Part shown: in pieces, positions 28,126-42,496 of the stretch
How positions within the stretch are numbered: the first letter of the stretch is position 1
Layout: every line of letters begins with the position of its first letter
Origin: Neocallimastix sp. 'constans'
Lineage: Eukaryota
Assembly (NCBI GenBank): GCA_050613775.1
Contig: JBODTK010000011.1
Location: forward strand, 1,488,001-1,552,000
Length of the DNA stretch: 64,000 nucleotides
Direction: 5' to 3'
Program-made: the position numbers and the translations under genes
The notes under the pieces: generated by a model
Database searches by the model: none
Told to the model about the DNA's origin: nothing
The model's input: the letters and a program-made list of their open reading frames with translations, nothing else

Positions 28126-28969
28126 ATATTGATAATTAACCTAATTTTCTTAAGAAAATCGGAGATTTCATGAAACCATTTTCTTCCAACTTGTTTGAGT
28201 CCATAGAGAGCCTTTTGTAATAATTTAGATTTTCCACATTTGAAAATTTTATCACCGATTGAAATTTGAACATATATTTTCTCATCTAGATTAGCATTCA
28301 AATATGTAGCTTTAATATCGATTTGTCTTAAATCCTATTTATATTTTGATGCAATAGCAATTATTAATCTAAAACTATCCATTTCTATTGTAGGAGAATA
28401 GGTGCAGGTATAATCAATTCCTTTAATTTGTCTAAAAAAGCCTTTTGACAACCAATCTTACTTGCTTTATATATATCATTATCTTTAATAAGTAAAAACC
28501 CCATTTAACATCGAGTGATTTAATACCTTCTGGGATATTTTTTTGCTTTCCACAATTTTCAATAACATTATTTCTATATAAATTTTGTAATTCTTTGTTT
28601 TAATGCATATTTCCATTTGTCCGTATTTTCTGAATTTATAGCTTCTTCATATTTTTTTTTTTTTTTTTGAAATTAACATATTAATATTATTAACTCTATT
28701 TCTCTTGCGTCTTTCATTTTTTCATCTGAATCTCTTTTCTTCTCAAAAAAAAATGATTTATTTATTTTTAATGTAGGCATTCTATCCTTCATTTTTTTTA
28801 TTGATTTGATTGATAATTTTTCTTTTTCCTTTTTTGATAATTTTTTTTTTTTCATTATCAATGTTATTATTTTTATTTACTTACTTATCAAAAATTTTAT
28901 TATTCCTTTTAATATTAAATTTAATATCCTTTTCTTTGATTTTCCTTAATTTTCTTTTATCTATTGTTT

Positions 28970-30307
28970 TCAGATCAAATGAATAAAGTTCGAAATTGGA
29001 AACTTCCATATATAATTTCAATAGAGAAACAAATTCCAACGAAATGCTGCTACTACACTATTGCTGTAAAAATGGGGCATATTACTGATAACTATTTTTT
29101 CAACCCATCCAATTCACCAAATATTGACAATAGGGGAGAAAAGAAAAAGTAATAATAATAATAAATTAAGAAAATAAAATAAAAATAAAAATAAAAATAA
29201 AAGAACATCGTTAAGCAAGAAAGGTAGTAAAAGAAAACTTCAAATATTAAAACAATAATTATGAAGAACAAAACAAATCAGATTCAGATTCAGATTCACT
29301 TCATTCGACTTCTGCTTCAATATAACAACTAATATTATAAAAAGATAGCTTTAATAACAATTCAATAACTCCTTAGGAACATAAAGGTAAATAAAGTAAA
29401 GACCAAAATCTTAAAAGAAGAAAATAATTGATAAAGAGAATAATAACGAAGAATCATGTATTATTAATAATGGAACAGGAATCAATTTATCCAATAAAAA
29501 AAAATATTAAAAATACTATCAAGCGTTGAAAAAGTTACTAATAGAGGGATTACCTACCCAAATGGACAATCCTGATAGAATATACAAAAAGGGCATATAC
29601 AAAGGAATATATTATTTTTTTAATATTATTTTTTTAATATATTCCTTTGTATATACCCTTTTTATTATTATTTTTTTTTTTTTTTCAATTGGAGAAGTGT
29701 TTTATGCTCCAAACATACGAAATAATTTAATTTCCACTCATTATCTACGTTAAAAAAAAAAGGCTTTAAATTAGTAATGGAAATGTACAGTGATAAAAAA
29801 AGACTCTAAATATTTAAAAATAATAAACTAATTACTACCATCTATACAAATGATGAAAAACCTTTTTTTTTTTTCCTTTAAATACAAGCCCAATGAAAGA
29901 TACAGATTATTAATATAAATAATGTTGATTTAAAATTATGGCATGCTAGATTAGGTCATTATTACAATCAAAATATTCTTAAAATTTTTAGAAAGTAACC
30001 ACATTAAGAAAGAAAAGAATGATAAATATAAATTGTGAAAGATTACAAAAAATTAATAAACTCAATAAAAAAAAAAAAAAAACAATTCAACAAAACAACC
30101 AACAAGAGTGTACTTTACCATTAAAAAAATCGTTCATAACTGATATCTTCAGACCACTTAAAAGCCTTCACCATCATTGAATAGAATACAAATATTATTA
30201 TTATATTATATTATATTATCTATTATATTTATCGATGACTACAGTAGAAAATATTCGTAATATTCGTGATGCAAACTTCAATGAATGTACACTAAACTCA
30301 TTCGGTA

Positions 30308-30354
<47 letters not shown>

Positions 30355-31170
30355 CATTCCTCAAATCCTTAAGATAAACAAATAGAATTGAAGGAGGGAA
30401 ACAGCACTTAACCACATCAATTTAGTCAATTCATTTATCCTAATGAATTTGAAATTAAATAATAAAAAAAAAACAGAACAAAATTAATCGTGAAGATAAT
30501 ATAGATTTAATGGATGGAATACAATAAATAAAACATGTTAGATAATAATTCAGAACAAACGAAAAAATTAATGAAGATACAATTAATGGAAATACAATTA
30601 ATGAGAATATAATTAATGAAAATACAATTAATGAAGATTATATTAATGAAAATAGAATAAATAAAGATTATATTAATGAAGATCAAAAATTAGCCGAAAA
30701 TCAAGAGAGAAATACTCAAAAAATTCAAAATATTGAGGAAAGTATAAAGATGGCAATCAAAATGAAAGCCATGTCAAAATTCTACATGATAATAGAAAAA
30801 GTAATGAAAATAATGCTATGATTAATAGAAATATAAACAATGATAACATAAAGGGGTATAAAAATCACAAAAAAAAAATGTTTTATTAATAAAAATTTGA
30901 ATAAAAATTTCAAATTTAAAAATAAATTAAAAATTAGTAAATCTTAAATAATTATGGAAAAAATATATATATATAAATCAAACTTTAATAATTATGAAAT
31001 TGTAAACCAGAAACTTATTTGAAAAAAAAAAAAAAAAAAAAAAAAATTGAAAGAAATCATAAAAAATCTGGTTAATATGGAAAAGATGAATAAAAAAAAA
31101 AAAAAATTAAACTTGGAAAATAATAAAAATAAATGTAATTTATTAAAATTAAAAGACAGACTATCATTTT
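28970..31170 (+). pseudogene. Copia gag knuckle / protease / integrase remnants, in the opposite orientation to the flanking element
   Basis: On the + strand: KCCYY..GHITDN (knuckle remnant), EVFYAPNIRNNLIS, LWHARLGH (~29935), FIDDYSRK (~30228). Confidence 0.8.
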
Positions 31171-31294
31171 GAAAATGAGTTTTGAAGACAGTTTTAATGA
31201 TCTTTCGTGTTGATCTATTTCTTTTTAATTTTTACTCTTTTCATACTTTTTTTTTTATTTCTTGATTATGGTATTTAGTTTTGTTATGTCTTCT

Positions 31295-31342
<48 letters not shown>

Positions 31343-32074
31343 TTTAAATGTTCCTTTTCAGCATATAGAAATTTGAATGAGTATGCAAATACCGACTTTA
31401 TTTTAATTCATCTTAAAAGAATTATAAAACTTTTTGTTTCTTCACTTAGTTCTGGTTTATTATTGTAATTTTGCTTCATTATTGCATTGTGCAAATAACG
31501 AGTCAAGATTATCTAAATACAGCTTAAAGTTAATCGTTTTCAATTTTTAATTTCATTTTTTTTTCATTTTTTTTTTTTCATTTCAATTTCAAATAGTCTG
31601 AATGAGCCTGTTTCCGAAAAATCGTTCTCTTAATTCATTTAGCATTAAATGTATGCCTTTGTGCCATTATTTAATAGACTTTTTTTTTTGATATATAATC
31701 ACCTTAATTCTTCAAAATCAAGGAATAATTTTATGTTTGAATACCATTTGTGAAAGTTTTCATTTGTTATTTTTAAAAGTTTTAAATATTAAATTTATTA
31801 ATTATGTATTTGCTTGAATATTTGGAGGTTCTACTTCAACAGGAGTAACATTCATTGTTGTGTGCTTGATGTATTTGTTGTCTTTGCTGTCTTTGCTGTC
31901 TTTCTTAAAGTTCTTGAAGAACTTCCCAGTAGCTGTTGAATTTTTTGATTTAGTCATTTTAATGTGACTGTTAATACTTCTTTATATTTTAATGAATGTT
32001 TAATATTTAATATATTGAATTTTGGTATATTAATAATTGTTAAATGAATTATTGAGTTATTGAGACTCTTAACC

Positions 32075-32331
32075 TGTTAAAAATAACAACTTAAAATCAG
32101 AAATGATATTTATATTTCGTTATGTGTTTATTTATTTATTTTATTACTTTTACATTAAGAAAGACCTTTTTCATTTAAGAACATGCCATTACATGCTATT
32201 TATAATTATTATTTATAATAGTCTAACATTATTGGTGGTAACATTTAACGAAACACTGCCTTATATTATCAAATAAAAATATTTTAAACTTAATAATGCA
32301 GTATATATACACATAACTGTAATATTTAAAA
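32075..32331 (-). repeat. Copia 5' LTR
   Basis: Adjacent PBS, similar to 27044-27310. Confidence 0.82.
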
Positions 32332-32356
32332 ATAAAAATAAAAATAAAATAAAAAT

Positions 32357-32357
<1 letters not shown>

Positions 32358-32405
<48 letters not shown>

Positions 32406-35040
32406 CTAAGAGAATAACTTTATTTAATTTATAATAATAATAAAATTACATGATTTTAAAGGAAAAAAATAATAAAATACATGAAATAAAATATTATATA
32501 TTATAAAATTATAAAAGTACGTTAGAAGCAATAGCCTCTAACTTTTTCCCATTCATCGATGATAACAGCAACGTCCATTATTGTGAGTAATAATTTCAGT
32601 ATTAGTGCTATCAATCGAATTTATATCTGTCATGGAATACAATTTCATCATCAATCTAAAAGATCGACAAATTAATGGTATTACATTTGTTAGAAATTGC
32701 GCAATCCCCACAAAATACGGAACGATTGACGAAGTTGAACTTTTGTTTAAAAATATTGTCAACTAATTGTCTTTGTTCCCCATCGTTAACTTTAATTTTT
32801 GAATTATATTGAACGCCCTCCAAGAAGAGCACTCAATATAAAATAATAAATATTATTATCATAATCCTTTTTCTGAATCTAAAGAAACATCCAAGGAATT
32901 TTGTTCAATTATTATTGCATACTTCAAAAAGAGATCATCAGAGAAAAGGTAAAGATTTATTTCTGTAATTTTCCAGTTCTTTACAGGCAAAGATCCAGTG
33001 AGATAAACTAGGTACACTAACACCACAACAAGGGCAACGTTTAGGGCAATCTTCTGAGATGATTTTTCTTTTAATGGAAATACTAATGTCAAATTTAAAA
33101 CCACACCTAATTTCGAGAAATCCAAAAGAATCCCAACTGATACTTAGGATATCGAAATGTTAAGTTTCTGATTTCTGAAATAAATCCAAAATCATTCTTA
33201 GGATTATTATTAGGATTAGTTCCAAATAAACTTACCCAGTATTCATTATCCAAACTGTGTTGAGTAATATCAGAAGCTAGTTCACTTTAATGTTCAGCAA
33301 ATCGATTTAATTGATCAGAACGAGAAAATAAAAAGTTACCCTGCTTGTCCTTTAACACGCTTGACGAAATAGAATTTTAGAGTACATAGGGTGAGATAGC
33401 TTCTTTAATTTTTAACCAGGCACTCCTAACATTTTTATTACGAAAATCATTACATGCAGATTCTATCGACTGATGAAATTGTTTTGATTTAATAGAAAAC
33501 TTAATTGACCTAACTTTACCACATATATTTTTATATTCACGAAGCAAATTTAAAAATTCATCAAGGTTTTCAGGATTAGGACCTAAAGAAAAAATTTTTT
33601 GATTTCATTAAATGCAACATGTTTTTCATAAGAAAGTTTCTTGATATAATAAGGGTAGTGGAAAGCTTACTGAGCCTTTAAGATCACAAGGAACTCTAGC
33701 ATGAACTTTATCACCAACTTTATTAGCTGTTTCTATAAATTTATTGACCATTTTATTAGAACTTAATTTTTTATTATCATTAAATTCATTAAGAAGAATT
33801 GAGAGAAGTAGTTACTTGAGAATATTTCATTTTGCTTTTCATTACACATGTGTTGGGACCACTTGAATCTTCTAGAAGGAGTAGGAGCACGAAAACCTTC
33901 TGAGTCATTTTTCTTACAGGAAAGGATAAGAGGGAAGTGGTCAGATATATCATTGAATGTACTACAAACAGATACCTTATTAATGTATTCCTTCATTTTA
34001 CAATTAAATAAAACATGATCAATACAAGACGATCTACCATCCCGAGCCCATGTGAACTCGAGACTTGATAAGTTTTTAGTGAACTACTGATGAGATGATT
34101 TATTAAGTAAACTTTCTAATTGGGATTTAGACATATTAAAGTCACCTACAAGAATAGAAGGTGTATTAGTATGTTTCTTTATCCAATTAGTAATTTCTGA
34201 AAAGGCATTCTTTCTTTCTTCCCTATGAGTGACCGTAGGAACATAAATATTACCAATAGTGCATTTAATTCCCCAAAATGAAGTAATGTTGACAGAAATG
34301 ATATACTTATATTCAAAAGGATCAGGAGCAAATGAACAGGAACGATGTACACTTATACTAAGACCTCTCATACCGGGTATATTTGGATTAGTTTTTCGTA
34401 AAATTGTATTATAGTGACAAAGAAATATATATAGGGTAATTATTTGAATGTACATTAAGGTATTGGCTATTACCGACCTCTTGCAAGCAAAAACAGATAG
34501 GTTTAAAAAATTCATTAAAGTATCTAATGACATCACGTTTTTTATCATTCCATCCATTAATATTCCAACTGACACAAAGACTAAAGAACTGAGTAGACGG
34601 TGAGTAAATACTACTCTATAAAATATCTTTAACCTTTGATTTAGTTTCAAAAGAAGAAAATTTGTTGTTAGATTTCTTAACTTCACTGAAAGTTCGGATT
34701 TTGTTGGTTTGGATCCAATTAATTTTATTGATCGGAAAGCAATGGGTAAGAAGAAATAAAAATATTTAGGTAATAAGTGGGTTTATCATAGTTTATCCTT
34801 AAAATGAAGTAATTTTCCATATTGGGTGTGTGTTTTTTTTGTAATTCCATGAACTATTTCATTGCAATTGGAAATACGTTTACTAAAAAATTCCCAAAGT
34901 TTACTAACAGACTATGATTGAAGATCATGAATAAAGATAAGAATGAAATCTTTATTATGAATATCGTATCTTCGAAGGCCTCGCCTCAAAACAGGTATAG
35001 TTGCTGACTTTGAAGAAGTATTATCCATTTCAAGAAAGCC
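32358..35040 (-). mobile_element. Decayed non-LTR retrotransposon (LINE): APE endonuclease, C-terminal Zn knuckle and poly(A) tail; RT core not found
   Basis: GNIYVPT, ILVGDFN, SCIDHV, SDHFPL (APE motifs); CPCCGVSVPSLSHWIFAC; poly(A) tail seen as poly(T) at 32358-32402. Confidence 0.85.
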
Positions 35041-35102
35041 TAAAAAATAAAAAAAAAAGAATAAAATAAAAAAAATAAAAATAATAATAAAAAATAGATA
35101 AA

Positions 35103-35143
<41 letters not shown>

Positions 35144-36135
35144 TAATAAAATAAAATAAAAATAAAAGAAAAAGTAAATTCCCTTTAAGCAGCATATAAA
35201 AAAAATATTGGTGTTGAATATATGAAAACTTGAAATATATTATTGCTCTTGATGATTACATAGTTTTTAGATTTTGTAAATAATTGATTTTATCCAGTAT
35301 TACTGATATAATATTTATAAATTTACACAAGGGTTAGAAATTTATTGATACAAAATTACTTGTAATCATTTCTTTTTATCTTTTGACTGATTGTAATTCT
35401 TTCAATTAATAAAAGCTCTTTAAGATGTTAAAAATTTTCTGTTGAATAATCATAAATTAGCTAAAAGTATATTTAAAAAGAAAAATATTAGTAAAGAAAG
35501 ACTATAAAAAAGATTCCCATCCGTTAAATACTGTCTTAAACACAAGCTTTGGAGTGAATCAATCTCCTACATTTCCATTTTACAATAGCTACATGAAATT
35601 ATAAATAATACTATAGAAAAATACATATACAAAATAATGCTAAAGTAAAAAATACAATAGATTCATTACAATGATAATATGTAGAAACTACATGATATTA
35701 TTAAATATACAACTCCAATGTTACTACATATCCAATTTAAAACAATATAAAAATAAAGTTTGCTTTATACAGTCCTCTAGTATTCCAATATTCCAGTTTT
35801 CTCTCTTTCGTACTAGAAGCCACTTTAGAAACCATCGATTATCATCAGAATCACAGAAAGCTGTAATTAGTACACCTAATAAAGGTTATTCTTTTTCCGT
35901 CAACCCTCCATGGACCTGGAAAAACAGTCCACATCATTGGGCAAAATAAAAATATTAAAAATCAAAATAATAAATAATAATAACAATAATAAAATTAAAA
36001 ACATAAAAATAAATTATTTTTATTTAAATTAGTTATTTCTTTTATTTAATTTTTTTTATGTTTATGAAAGGACAAATATTAACAATAATAAAATTATAAA
36101 AACATTAAAATAAAGTAAAAAAATTTAATTTTTAT

Positions 36136-36171
<36 letters not shown>

Positions 36172-36398
36172 AATTTTTTTATTATTATTATTATTTTTTT
36201 TTTGTTAATAATAGATATTTTAAATTACATATAATTAGATTTAATTTTTTTCTTTTTTCGTTTGAAAAGAAAAGAAAAAAATAATTGATATAATATATAT
36301 AATTTAATAGTTTTTTTTTTTTTTTTTAATAAAAAAAAAAAAAAAAAATAAAAATTATATTAAGATAATAATTTGATAAAAAATATTTTTTTTTGTTC

Positions 36399-36445
<47 letters not shown>

Positions 36446-36649
36446 AAAAAAAATATATTAAGATAATAATTTGATAAAAAATAATTTTTTTTTTGTTCAG
36501 CTTTTTTTTTTTTTTTTTTTTTTTTTTATTTCTTATTAACTCCTTTTCTCCCCTTGATTTTTTTTTTTTCTTTAATAGAAAAAAAAAATTTTTATATAAT
36601 CTGATATAGTATTTTTTTTTTCTTTTTGAATTAATAAATTAAGAATAGA

Positions 36650-36695
<46 letters not shown>

Positions 36696-37125
36696 ATATT
36701 TAATTTTTTTTGTCTTTTTTTTTTTTTTTTTTTAAAAAAAAGCCTTTTAATTATTTTTAATAATGTGAATATAAAAATAATAAATATTTATATTTATATG
36801 AATAAAGACTTCTATGTTTAAATAATTTAAAAAAAAAATTAAATAATAATAGATTTCAATAAATTTACTGTAATAAATAATAAATTTTTTTAAATTTACA
36901 TTTTTTTTTTTTTTTTTTTGATTAATTTTTTTTTAAATATTATTATGAATCATTTTTTTTTTTTTATATATTTTTGTTGTTTTGTCACTTTGTTATCTTT
37001 ATTTTGGTATTTTTAATTTTGGTATTTTTAATTTTGGTATTTTAATTTTTTTTTTATTTTGTTTTGTTATCTTAATTCATCTTCTTTATTTTTTTATTTT
37101 TTTTTTCATTTTTTTTCTTCTTTCA

Positions 37126-38271
37126 TTAAGCTTCAATAGCATGTTCCTTCTTAAATTTTTCTAATAAATTTCTTGCAAATTCGGTTGTATTATCATAACC
37201 ATCTGGGTTATGGGATTGCCAATTCCAGGCATCGGCACACATTTCATTAATACTAAATTTAGTACACCATTTTAATTCCTTATTAGCTTTAGCTGGACAA
37301 GCGACAACTTGAGCGGCATCACCCTTACGACGTTCAGTAAATCTGTAAGGTACTGTCTTTCCGGAGGCTTTATTCATACTATCGATGACTTCTAAGACTG
37401 AGTAACCGTTACCAGTTCCCATATTATAAATGAGAACACGTTCATCAATGGTAGCCTTAGCTCCCTTACGATTGACCTCATTTTCTCTTAATTTTTCAAG
37501 GGCAGCTAAATGACCCTCGGCAAGATCAACTACATGTACATAATCTCTTACACCGGTACCATCACGAGTAGGATAGTCATTACCGTAGACGCTTAAGCAT
37601 TCACGTTTACCAACTAAAGTTTGAGTAATGTATGGTAAAAGGTTATTTGGAATATCTTTTGGGTTCTCTCCAATTAAACCGGTAACATCAGCACCGATAG
37701 GGTTAAAGTATCTAAGAAGACAAGCTTGACCAAGTTCATATTCTTTGAAGGCTTCAGTAATGGCTTGTTCTGCCTTTAATTTAGATTCACCGTATGGGTT
37801 AATTGGACCAAGTTCGGCTTCTTCGGTAAGTGGGTCCATATTCTTTGGATTACCGTAAAGGGTAGCAGAGGAAGAGAAGACGATATTGTGAACACCGTGT
37901 TCTACCATACATTCTACGAGGACACGAGTACCCTCAACATTATTATGCATATAACGTTCTGGATATTGACATGATTCAAAAACGGACTTTAAACCAGCAA
38001 AATGAATGACAGCCCAAAAATTATAGGTATCAAAGACCTTAGTCAATTCTTCCTTATCAAGAACATCACATAAATAGAAAGGAACCTTTTTACCAGCGAT
38101 TACTTCTACTCTCTTTAATGATTCTTCAACAGAATTACACAAGTTATCGACGACGACCACTTCATGTCCTCTTTTGAGGAGTTGTAATACGGTGTGAGAA
38201 CCAATATAACCGGCACCACCAGTAACTAAAATTTGTTTTCCTGGGACTGGGTGAGATATGAAGGTAGACAT
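37126..38271 (-). CDS. galE: UDP-glucose 4-epimerase (381 aa, intronless CDS, no mutarotase fusion)
   Basis: ILVTGGAGYIGSH, IHFAGLKSV, FSSSAT, YGESK (YxxxK), LRYFNPIGA, PNNLLPY, DGTGVRDYVHVVDLA. Confidence 0.96.
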   Translation of the reverse strand: MSTFISHPVPGKQILVTGGAGYIGSHTVLQLLKRGHEVVVVDNLCNSVEESLKRVEVIAGKKVPFYLCDVLDKEELTKVFDTYNFWAVIHFAGLKSVFESCQYPERYMHNNVEGTRVLVECMVEHGVHNIVFSSSATLYGNPKNMDPLTEEAELGPINPYGESKLKAEQAITEAFKEYELGQACLLRYFNPIGADVTGLIGENPKDIPNNLLPYITQTLVGKRECLSVYGNDYPTRDGTGVRDYVHVVDLAEGHLAALEKLRENEVNRKGAKATIDERVLIYNMGTGNGYSVLEVIDSMNKASGKTVPYRFTERRKGDAAQVVACPAKANKELKWCTKFSINEMCADAWNWQSHNPDGYDNTTEFARNLLEKFKKEHAIEA

Positions 38272-39944
38272 TTTTTTTTCTGAATTTATATTATTATTAT
38301 TATTAACACCAAATAGTGAAGATAAATAACTTATTATATCTATACATTTTCAAAAATAAGAAAAGAAAAAAAAAAAAAAAAATTTTATATTAGTTTATAT
38401 ATATTTTAAATACATGAAATAAAAAAGAAAATTATATATAACAAAATGAAAATGGACCAAAGGATTATTTTTTAATAAAAAAAAAAAAAAAAAATTAATA
38501 TATATAAAATAAAGTTTTTACTCTTTATAAATTCCAACCAATTTTATAATAACAAATAATATATATTTTTAATTTGGAATTAAGAAAAAAAAATTATTGA
38601 ATTGAATTATATTCAAACAGATTTTTTTATTCATAATTATCCACATTCTTTTTATCCATAATATTATTAAAATAGTTATAGGATAACATGAACTTATATA
38701 TATATAATTGCTATTAAATATATTGGTATAAATTGGAATGAAAATGTTTTAAACTCTTTTTTTTTTTTTTTTTTATAATCCAATGTGTTATTATTATATA
38801 TTTATTCCATTTCCAAAACTACTTCTAAATTTGTTGATACTTCACCTTTGAAATTCATTTTATATATAACTTTTATATTTTCAAACTATAATAATTACAA
38901 CACGGTTGAATTTTGTAAATTATTTAAATAAAATATATATATTTTAATTTTAAATCTTTTTTTATAATTATTTTTTTTTTATTGTTATTGTTTTAAAAAT
39001 ATTATTGCTTTATATATATTGTGCTTTTATTGAAATAACAACAATCAAAACAATTTTCCTTCTTTTTTTTTTTTTTTTTTATTTCCTATATAAAGGAAAA
39101 TTTCATTCATGTCTTGTATTATTATTATTCCCAATATAAAACATATTATTAAAATATAAAAAATTCATTTTTTATATATACCTTTTATACAGTTTCTTTT
39201 ATACAAATATTTTATATATATAATACAGTTATATATATATTAAATTAAATTATGTTTTATTAAATATGATATATCTACAATAAATATATAAATTTTTTTA
39301 GAAGTTTTTTTTTTTAATATATTACAATTCTAATTTTTATTTTTTTTAAATTAGAAATTACTTTTATTTTTTAAAAGTTTTTTATTTTATTTTTTTTTTT
39401 AAAAAAAAAGAAATAAATATCCTCTTTTTTTTAATTTAATAATTTCAATTTTTTTAATTTTTTTTAATCCAGTATTTAAATTCTTTATTTTTTTTTGAAA
39501 TAAAAAAAAAAAAAAAAATTTATTTATATATAAATTTTTTATTATTATTAATATTATTTTAATTTTATTTTAATTTTAATTTTAAATTTTATTTTTTAAT
39601 ATTAATTTTATTATATTTACTATTATTAATTTTATTATATTAACTATTATTAAATTTATTTAAATTTATTATTAAATTTGAGGATGATGATTATTAGTGA
39701 TGTTGTTATTTAGTTATTTAAATTAGAGAATTACATAATTATAAATAAATATAAATAATTATAAATAAATATTAATATTATAAATAAATATAAATAATTA
39801 TAAATTATATTTTAACTATTTAATATTCAAATAATTAAATTTAATTAAATAATATTAATAAAATATTTATAAAATATATAAAAATAAAAATTAATCGATA
39901 GGAATTATTTAAATGAATAATTAGAATAATAAATAATTAATTCA

Positions 39945-40172
39945 ATAATAAATAATAAATAATAAATAATAAATAATAAATAATAAATAATAAATAATAA
40001 ATAATAAATAATAAATAATAAATAATAAATAATAAATAATAAATAATAAATAATAAATAATAAATAATAATTAATAAATAATAAATAATAAATAATAAAT
40101 AATAAATAATAAATAATAAATAATAAATAATAAATAATAAATAATAAATAATAAATAATAAATAATAAATGA
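39945..40172. repeat. (AATAAAT)n 7-mer satellite
   Basis: Direct inspection. Confidence 0.9.
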
Positions 40173-41474
40173 TGAAGTGTATTATATATATAATAATAAT
40201 TCAATTATCTTTATATTTCAATGTAAGTATTTATATATTTGTGTTATTTTTTATTAAATAATAAACTTTATATTATAATAAAAAAATTTAGACTTTGACA
40301 TATATTCGTTTATGGTTCTATATATTAATTACATATATTTCAATAGATTTATAATATATGCCAATATTTTAATTTATTTTAATTAGTAATATATGTTTAC
40401 TTTTTTTAATAATTATTAAAATTAAATTTATTAACCATTCAACTATAAATTTATTTGAATATAATTTATATAAATAATATATTTGTTAATATATACAAAT
40501 ATATTTTATTTATGTTTCTATTCTATTTATTTCATATAATAATTAATATAATTATTTATTGAGATGTATAAATAATTTATATTAAATCAATTTAATATTT
40601 TATAAAATTAATATAAATTATTTATACATCTTAATTTTAAATATATTTATTATTTATTATAATATAATGATAATATATAGAAATTTATTGACAGCTAAAC
40701 TTTTTTATAATTTTTCTTTAGTTTATGAAATCTAACCTTTTATTTTTGTAGAATTAAATAAATAAAAAATGCTAAGAAATATAACGAATATAAACATATA
40801 TATAAATAAATATAAACAAATATTGAATTTTAAATAATAGATCCATATATTAATATATTAAAATAAATAATAAATAATAAATAATTGGATAATAAATAAG
40901 AATATTTATTAATAAATAATAAATAATTGGATAATAAATAACAAGAATATTTATTAGTAAATAATAAGTAATAAATATCAAATATTAAATATAAATATTG
41001 ACATATTAAATATAAAAAAAATAATTAATTTTATTAATTATTTATATTTATTTATATTTAATATTTATATTGAATATGTCAAAATAAATAACATATATAT
41101 TTATTTTATTAGAGGTTGAACAATCTTTAATTATTATATATTATATATTTATTCATTTATTATTATATATTTATCTAATTTATATTTATCTATCCATTTA
41201 TATCTATCATGGCTTCATTTTTTTTTTTCATTATGTAATTTTAACCATAAAAATAAAAATTTACTTTTTAGTTTATTTTATTCATTATATTCATGTTAAA
41301 GTAACCTCTTTTTTTTTTTTTTTTATAATTATATTAACCCATTAATTCTTTATCCTTATAATAATAATTATTTTTAGAAAATTATATATATATTACTTTG
41401 AATAAAAGTATGATAGTATTTTATGAAAAAAAAATATATATATTCATAATTAATATTAAAATGGAATGAATTAC

Positions 41475-41599
<125 letters not shown>

Positions 41600-42032
41600 C
41601 TAATTAAAAAAAAAAAAAAAGGTATGCGTTAATAATAATAGTAAAATTATATAAAACTATTAGATTGTATTTTTATTTATTTATTTTTTTTTTAACTAAT
41701 AAATTTGGATTAAATATAATAAAATTAAAATAAAAAAAAAAAGTTATTTTTAGGAATAGTGTTACAATGAATTTAATATATATATATATATTTTTAAAAT
41801 TATATTTAAATTTAAATTTTTGTTATAAATTACTAATTATTATTTATTAATTATTAATTATGAAATATAAATTATTAATTACTATTAAGTATTAATATAT
41901 TAATATTAATTATTAAGTACTAATTATTAACTATAGATATTAAAATAAGATAAAATGTATATATATAACTTTGTTCATTTAATTTATAAAAGTTTAAATT
42001 TCTAATTCTTTTAGCATCTTAAAGATCGGTTA

Positions 42033-42129
42033 AAGTTTTATTTTATTTTTCTTAATTATATATATATATTTGATTTTAATAAATTAATAAGTATTTCTAT
42101 ATATAATTAAGAAAAATAAAATAAAACTT
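42033..42129. repeat. Perfect 32-bp inverted repeat with a 33-nt spacer
   Basis: aagttttattttatttttcttaattatatata / tatatataattaagaaaaataaaataaaactt. Confidence 0.85.
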
Positions 42130-42458
42130 CATTCTAAGTATTTTTTTTTTTTTTATTCATATATATATATATTTAAATTTATAAATTATACTTAAATTGT
42201 TGGTAATACAAATGAAATTAAGATTGAAAAGATAATATGAAAATATAATTAACATATAAAAAAAATTAGAAAATAATGAAAATATATATAAAAAAAATAA
42301 TAAAAATAAATCAATAATTTTTCTTTTATTTTATTTTTTAAATAAAGCTTTTAAAATTATTTTATGTTCTTTTAATGGATAACTAAAATATTATTCTTCG
42401 ACTAATCTTTGTATCAACTTTTAATTAAATAATGATCTTCCATAAAATTGACAAATTG

Positions 42459-42496
<38 letters not shown>

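Larger units (their letters stand above)
27044..32331 (-). mobile_element. Decayed Ty1/Copia LTR retrotransposon with both LTRs
   Basis: Diverged direct repeats at 27044-27310 and 32075-32331 (TGTTAA...TTAACA). PBS GGTTAAGAGTCTC next to the right LTR; PPT AGGGGGAA next to the left LTR. RT remnants GIDY..YSPT, DIKATYLNA, KALYGLKQ, LYIDDILI; RNase H remnant ADSLTK. Confidence 0.9.

Noticed and set aside
35671..35949. 92-aa ORF / GC-richer island
   Set aside because: No recognisable domain on either strand; probably a decayed fragment.
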